Positions 41,572 through 45,234 of a stretch of 45,234 nucleotides of DNA are shown piece by piece. The stretch is from Candidatus Moanibacter sp. (lineage in GTDB: Bacteria; Verrucomicrobiota; Verrucomicrobiia; Opitutales; UBA2987). The DNA is taken from positions 1-45,234 of the forward strand of contig CBDCEW010000067.1 in the NCBI GenBank assembly GCA_965215885.1, read 5' to 3'. A program made the translations under genes and the position numbers. The notes under the pieces were generated by a model, which was not told where the DNA came from, ran no database searches, and was given only the letters and a program-made list of their open reading frames with translations. Position 1 is the stretch's first letter; each line of letters opens with the position of its first letter.

Positions 41572-43275
41572 TTACGGTCTCTTCCTCTGCCGTTTCGAGT
41601 AATATCTCGCCAGGGAGAGGCGGTGGATCTTGGCGTTGTGGCGGACGTCAACAGGGAAATTGCGACGAAAGAATATTCGGCGGATGGAACGGGTGATCTC
41701 ATGTTCGGCGCCTAGGGCGAGCAGTTCATCGGCAAACTTCTCACGCGCGCGTGCGGACTTTGGAAAATGTCCCGATTCCGGCTCAATGACAATCGCCGGG
41801 ATTTGCTGACCGGCCGTTCCAAGACCGATTAAAGCCGAGCGAAAGACACGAGGATGGCAATTAAATATGCCCTCGCAACAGTCGGTAAAGAGTTCGCATT
41901 GAGAGGTGCATACGCGCTCCACCACCCGCCCACAGAACCAGAGAAGCCCCTCATCGTCAAAATAACCGAGATCGCCAAGGCGGTGCCAAATCCTGTCGCC
42001 GTCGCGAATCTTTGAGTATTCGTTCTGCCCTTCCAGAAGATCATAGGCTTTTGTCACGACCGATCCGGAAACAACGATTTCGCCGATCTCGCCGTTGGCC
42101 ACTTCCAGGGCGGAATCAAAATGGGGAATGGCATCCGGGAGAATCGAGATGACCTTAACATTTATTTCCGGCATGACTTTCCCCACACAGCTGCCAGCGC
42201 CTCGCTCCGTCTTCTCCCAGGTGTGATTGAGGATCTCGTCGCCCGAGATGGAGCTGACGGGAAGACACTCCGTTGCGCCAAAAGGAGTATGGACTACACC
42301 GTTCGGGACGATTTCCCGGTATTGGCGTATAAGGGAGGGAGAGACCGGAGCACCCGCCATGAGGATGCGACGCAGGGAAGGTAACGTAATTCCGTTCTCC
42401 GAGCAGTAACGTGCGATGCGCGACCAGAGCACGGGTGATCCGAAGCTATTCGTTACTTTGCACTGTTCAACCGCCTGAACGATGCCCGCAGGGTCAACCT
42501 TTGCCGGTTTTCCTGGATTCATCTCCGGCACCACCGTGGTCATACCCAGAGCCGGATTAAACAACGCAAATATAGGGAGCATGGGCAAGTCCACCTCACC
42601 GGGCTCGATTCCGTAGTGATCCCGAATCAAACGGACCTGTGCCTCGAACATGGCATGCTCGTAACGGACTCCCTTGGGCGGACCGGTAGATCCGGAAGTG
42701 AAGAGGATGGCGGCGAGATCGTCGGCCCTCGTCGGCGCCATTTCGAAATCGCTTGAGGTTCCCGCACCTCGGTCGACGATTCGCCCCACTCTTTCGCGAG
42801 TTGTGGCATCCACTTTCACCCGCATCCGTATAGTGCGGAATGCCGGGAAAAAGAAGCGGCTCAGATTTTGAGCAAGAGAGATACCGATAAGCGCCTCGGG
42901 TCCCGACCTCCGCACGCACGTGAGAAAGCTTCTTACACCCATTCCGGGATCGATAACGATCGGTACCGCTCCCACCTTGAAAAGGGCAAATGTAAATAGG
43001 ATGAGTTCCATCCCGGGGCGAACCATGAGCAGAACACGAGTGCTGCGGGTTATCCCCAGGATCTTGAGGTAGCGTGCGGTAAGATTGGATTCGCCTTCCA
43101 ATTCGGCGAAAGTGCGCTCCTCATAGTCGATGCGGCCTTTCGATAAACGCCCACGGGGCACCTTGATGGCGACCTGCTCCGGCACCCTCGCTGCCATCTC
43201 CGGCAGAAACCGGGCGACATTGCAAAGTGAGGCTGAATCTGAATCTGGGTAGCCCACGGATACGATAAGATCCAT
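41572..43275 (-). CDS. oleC: AMP-dependent ligase, OleC-like olefin beta-lactone synthetase
   Basis: N-terminal CN.A..L, IDPGMG, AILFTSGSTGPPKGV, F.LF.PALG, TPFGATE.LPV, WHR.GD.GY, C-terminal FPVD.RHNAKI.R. Confidence 0.75.
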   Translation of the reverse strand: MDLIVSVGYPDSDSASLCNVARFLPEMAARVPEQVAIKVPRGRLSKGRIDYEERTFAELEGESNLTARYLKILGITRSTRVLLMVRPGMELILFTFALFKVGAVPIVIDPGMGVRSFLTCVRRSGPEALIGISLAQNLSRFFFPAFRTIRMRVKVDATTRERVGRIVDRGAGTSSDFEMAPTRADDLAAILFTSGSTGPPKGVRYEHAMFEAQVRLIRDHYGIEPGEVDLPMLPIFALFNPALGMTTVVPEMNPGKPAKVDPAGIVQAVEQCKVTNSFGSPVLWSRIARYCSENGITLPSLRRILMAGAPVSPSLIRQYREIVPNGVVHTPFGATECLPVSSISGDEILNHTWEKTERGAGSCVGKVMPEINVKVISILPDAIPHFDSALEVANGEIGEIVVSGSVVTKAYDLLEGQNEYSKIRDGDRIWHRLGDLGYFDDEGLLWFCGRVVERVCTSQCELFTDCCEGIFNCHPRVFRSALIGLGTAGQQIPAIVIEPESGHFPKSARAREKFADELLALGAEHEITRSIRRIFFRRNFPVDVRHNAKIHRLSLARYYSKRQRKRP

Positions 43276-43437
43276 TCGAAATCCGAATATCGAATTCCGA
43301 AACTATCTCCAATTGAAAACATGGCGCAGCGTAGCCGCAACCAAACTGCTAGGCGCTTGCTGCGAAAAGAGGATTGAGCAGAAGGAATTGGAGAAGAATA
43401 AGAGAGGAAGAGTTAACCCACGGATTCGAGAAAACCA

Positions 43438-43875
43438 TCACCCTCTCCCATCGAGATACATTGCGGCGTAGTACGGCCCCGTCCGTAAGCCCAACGGAAT
43501 TTCCTCAAACCAGCGCGCAGTGGCACGCCCAACCCTTTCAGCCATCCTGCGCTTTGAAAGCACCCCCTGCTTCTTCACTTTTACGTTTTTAATCCCGTTC
43601 TCGAATATTCCCAAGACCCCCTTATTGAGCTGATAGACGACCCGCTTGCCCTCCGCCTTGCCTTTTAAAAACCCTGCCTCCCGCAATATGCGTAGATGCC
43701 CCGAGATACTCGCTCTGGAGAGCGGCAAATGTTCTACCATCGTCCCATAGTCGCCTTCCCCTCTATCGTATAGAAACCGTACTATCGCCACACGCACCGG
43801 GTGAGACAATGCCTTCGCCATCTTGGCAAAATACCAATTGTCTTCCTCATAAGTTTTGAAATATGGATAACGCAT
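43438..43875 (-). CDS. ArsR/SmtB-family transcriptional regulator
   Basis: A...KALSHP.R.AI...L, LPLS...IS.HL..L.EAG.......G....Y.LN. Confidence 0.88.
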   Translation of the reverse strand: MRYPYFKTYEEDNWYFAKMAKALSHPVRVAIVRFLYDRGEGDYGTMVEHLPLSRASISGHLRILREAGFLKGKAEGKRVVYQLNKGVLGIFENGIKNVKVKKQGVLSKRRMAERVGRATARWFEEIPLGLRTGPYYAAMYLDGRG

Positions 43876-43905
43876 ATGTTCGTATTTCGGCGAAATACGA
43901 ACATA
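43875..43905. promoter_or_regulatory. Putative ArsR autoregulatory operator (15-1-15 palindrome)
   Basis: TATGTTCGTATTTCG-G-CGAAATACGAACATA overlaps the first base of the ATG. TTGACT (-35-like) lies at 43912-43907 on the minus strand. Confidence 0.65.
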
Positions 43906-44061
43906 GAGTCAAGGACTAAATAGCTTTTCCCTAAGAAATAGGTCTTCCTGGCCTTTCCTCACTACAAACTTGAAACCAAGAAAACAGGTCCGGCTACATG
44001 TGGGGGCGAATTAACCCAAACGTAAGGAAGCTGAGTTACACTACCAGGAGGCATCCTAAGG

Positions 44062-44132
44062 GGCAAAGTCCCACTCCCGCTTATGTTCGTATTTCGGCGA
44101 AATACGAACATAAGCGGGAGTGGGACTTTGCC
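44062..44132. repeat. 71-bp perfect palindrome (35-1-35) whose core equals the 43875-43905 operator
   Basis: GGCAAAGTCCCACTCCCGCTTATGTTCGTATTTCG-G-CGAAATACGAACATAAGCGGGAGTGGGACTTTGCC. Confidence 0.92.
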
Positions 44133-44527
44133 GGTGCTTAAGAAAACAAGGCTTTAAGCCCTCAGTAGTCGTTAAACGTGACGAGGCCACGGAGAAGCTG
44201 CCGGATCTGTTTGCCGGAAAGAGCCTTCGGACTACTGAGTCGATTGGTGCAGACGGAGAAGGTCGTGGTTTTTTGAAGGGAGGCGGGATCGATCCGCATG
44301 GACGGACCTACCTGGTTCATCCCGCGCAACCGTGATCGGCCTTCGGCTGCTTGGTCGAGTCAAGAGCGCGGTCCTATGCACTGACCTTCCGACTATGAGC
44401 GGGTTTATCCCGCGATGGTATAAAGGTGGTACCGTTCGCGGCGTAAAGCCTCTCCTACAACCTGGCGGAATCTAAAAGTTCAAACCCACCTCCAGCACCC
44501 GTAAGGGATTCCGGGAACGAGACTTCT

Positions 44528-44820
44528 CTACGGGATACGGACGGCGCGGTAGAATTCGTTGGGGTCCTGATTGGCGATGGAGCCCTCGATGTCCTCGGCG
44601 CCCACGCCCTCCTTTACACTACCCCGAATGACGGGTGTCCAATTGATCAGGTCTGTCGACTTCTGCAACTCGTAGACTTCAAAGCGTCCCGGAGATGCCG
44701 CCTCTTCGGTAGGTATCCACTCCTGAGTTTCGCCGTCATGAAAAAAGTCAAACTGCCGGCCTGTCCATTGAAATCGATCGCCATCAAAAAAAGTGACCTT
44801 GAAAAATGAGTTGGGATCGC
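44528..44820 (-). pseudogene. Stand-alone paralog of the C-terminal domain of the upstream secreted protein; no obvious start codon
   Basis: Minus-strand frame reads RDPNSFFKVTFFDGDRFQW...YELQKSTDLINW...NQDPNEFYRAVRIP*, matching 44964-45234. Confidence 0.65.
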
Positions 44821-44963
44821 GCGGGCGGTGTGCGGGAGTGAATGTTGGTCGTCTGGCAGAAGGGTCAACAATAGCACGGATGGGATGATGTGGAAAAGAA
44901 AAAATAGAAATGATATTTGACCAGGGATCTATCGGGCAGGGCAGAAGAGCAAGTTCTCCCAGA

Positions 44964-45234
44964 TTACGGGATGCGGACGATGCGGTAGAATTCTTTTGGC
45001 TGCTGATTGTCTACAAAGCTGTCCACACTACCAACGGTTTCAACCAAGGTGAGAATATTCTTAATTCTTACCCAATTCACCAAGTCACTCGATTTTTGCA
45101 ACTCGTAGAGGGTAAATTCTTTCGCTAACCAATCCAGCGTCTCACCATCAAAACTGGATATGAGTAATCGCGAATTCGCATCCGTTGGGTCGGTACCGGC
45201 GAGGAATTCTTCAAGATTCGTTTGCCCGTCAAGG
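44964..45234 (-). CDS. 3' end of a secreted protein (truncated by the window edge) with a Verrucomicrobia-type C-terminal domain
   Basis: My translation (not in the ORF track): LDGQTNLEEFLAGTDPTDANSRL...LYELQKSSDLVNW...KEFYRIVRIP*, same pattern as the S8 protein C-terminus. Confidence 0.75.
   Translation of the reverse strand, partial: LDGQTNLEEFLAGTDPTDANSRLLISSFDGETLDWLAKEFTLYELQKSSDLVNWVRIKNILTLVETVGSVDSFVDNQQPKEFYRIVRIP

Noticed and set aside
1..45234. tRNA, rRNA or riboswitch genes
   Set aside because: None recognised by eye; a covariance-model search (tRNAscan-SE, Rfam) would be needed to exclude them.

Overview
Bacterial chromosomal window, most likely Verrucomicrobiota (Opitutia-like; inferred from the S18 sequence, the secreted-protein C-terminal domains and the gene set). 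The left ~26.6 kb is accessory. It holds four tandem TPR + GT41 (OGT/SPINDLY-like) glycosyltransferase genes separated by long mosaics of short degenerate repeats and small hairpins, with one antisense Uma2-family nuclease gene. Two inverted copies of an IS4-family element bracket the array, both inserted into the same small palindrome; the first carries a nested IS5/ISNCY-like element. A ~1900-codon secreted S8 protease/Ig-repeat gene follows. The right part is mostly housekeeping: rpsR, sua5/tsaC, a TIGR03032/DUF4915 gene, a beta-barrel/Wza/Wzc export trio, CorC/HlyC, hisC, a lipoate ligase, two RNA methyltransferases, oleC/oleD-like genes and an ArsR regulator with a duplicated palindromic operator, one copy extended into a 71-bp perfect palindrome. 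Many accessory genes carry frameshifts or in-frame stops; I cannot tell from sequence alone whether these are real or long-read consensus errors. All family calls come from motif recognition by eye, not database searches.
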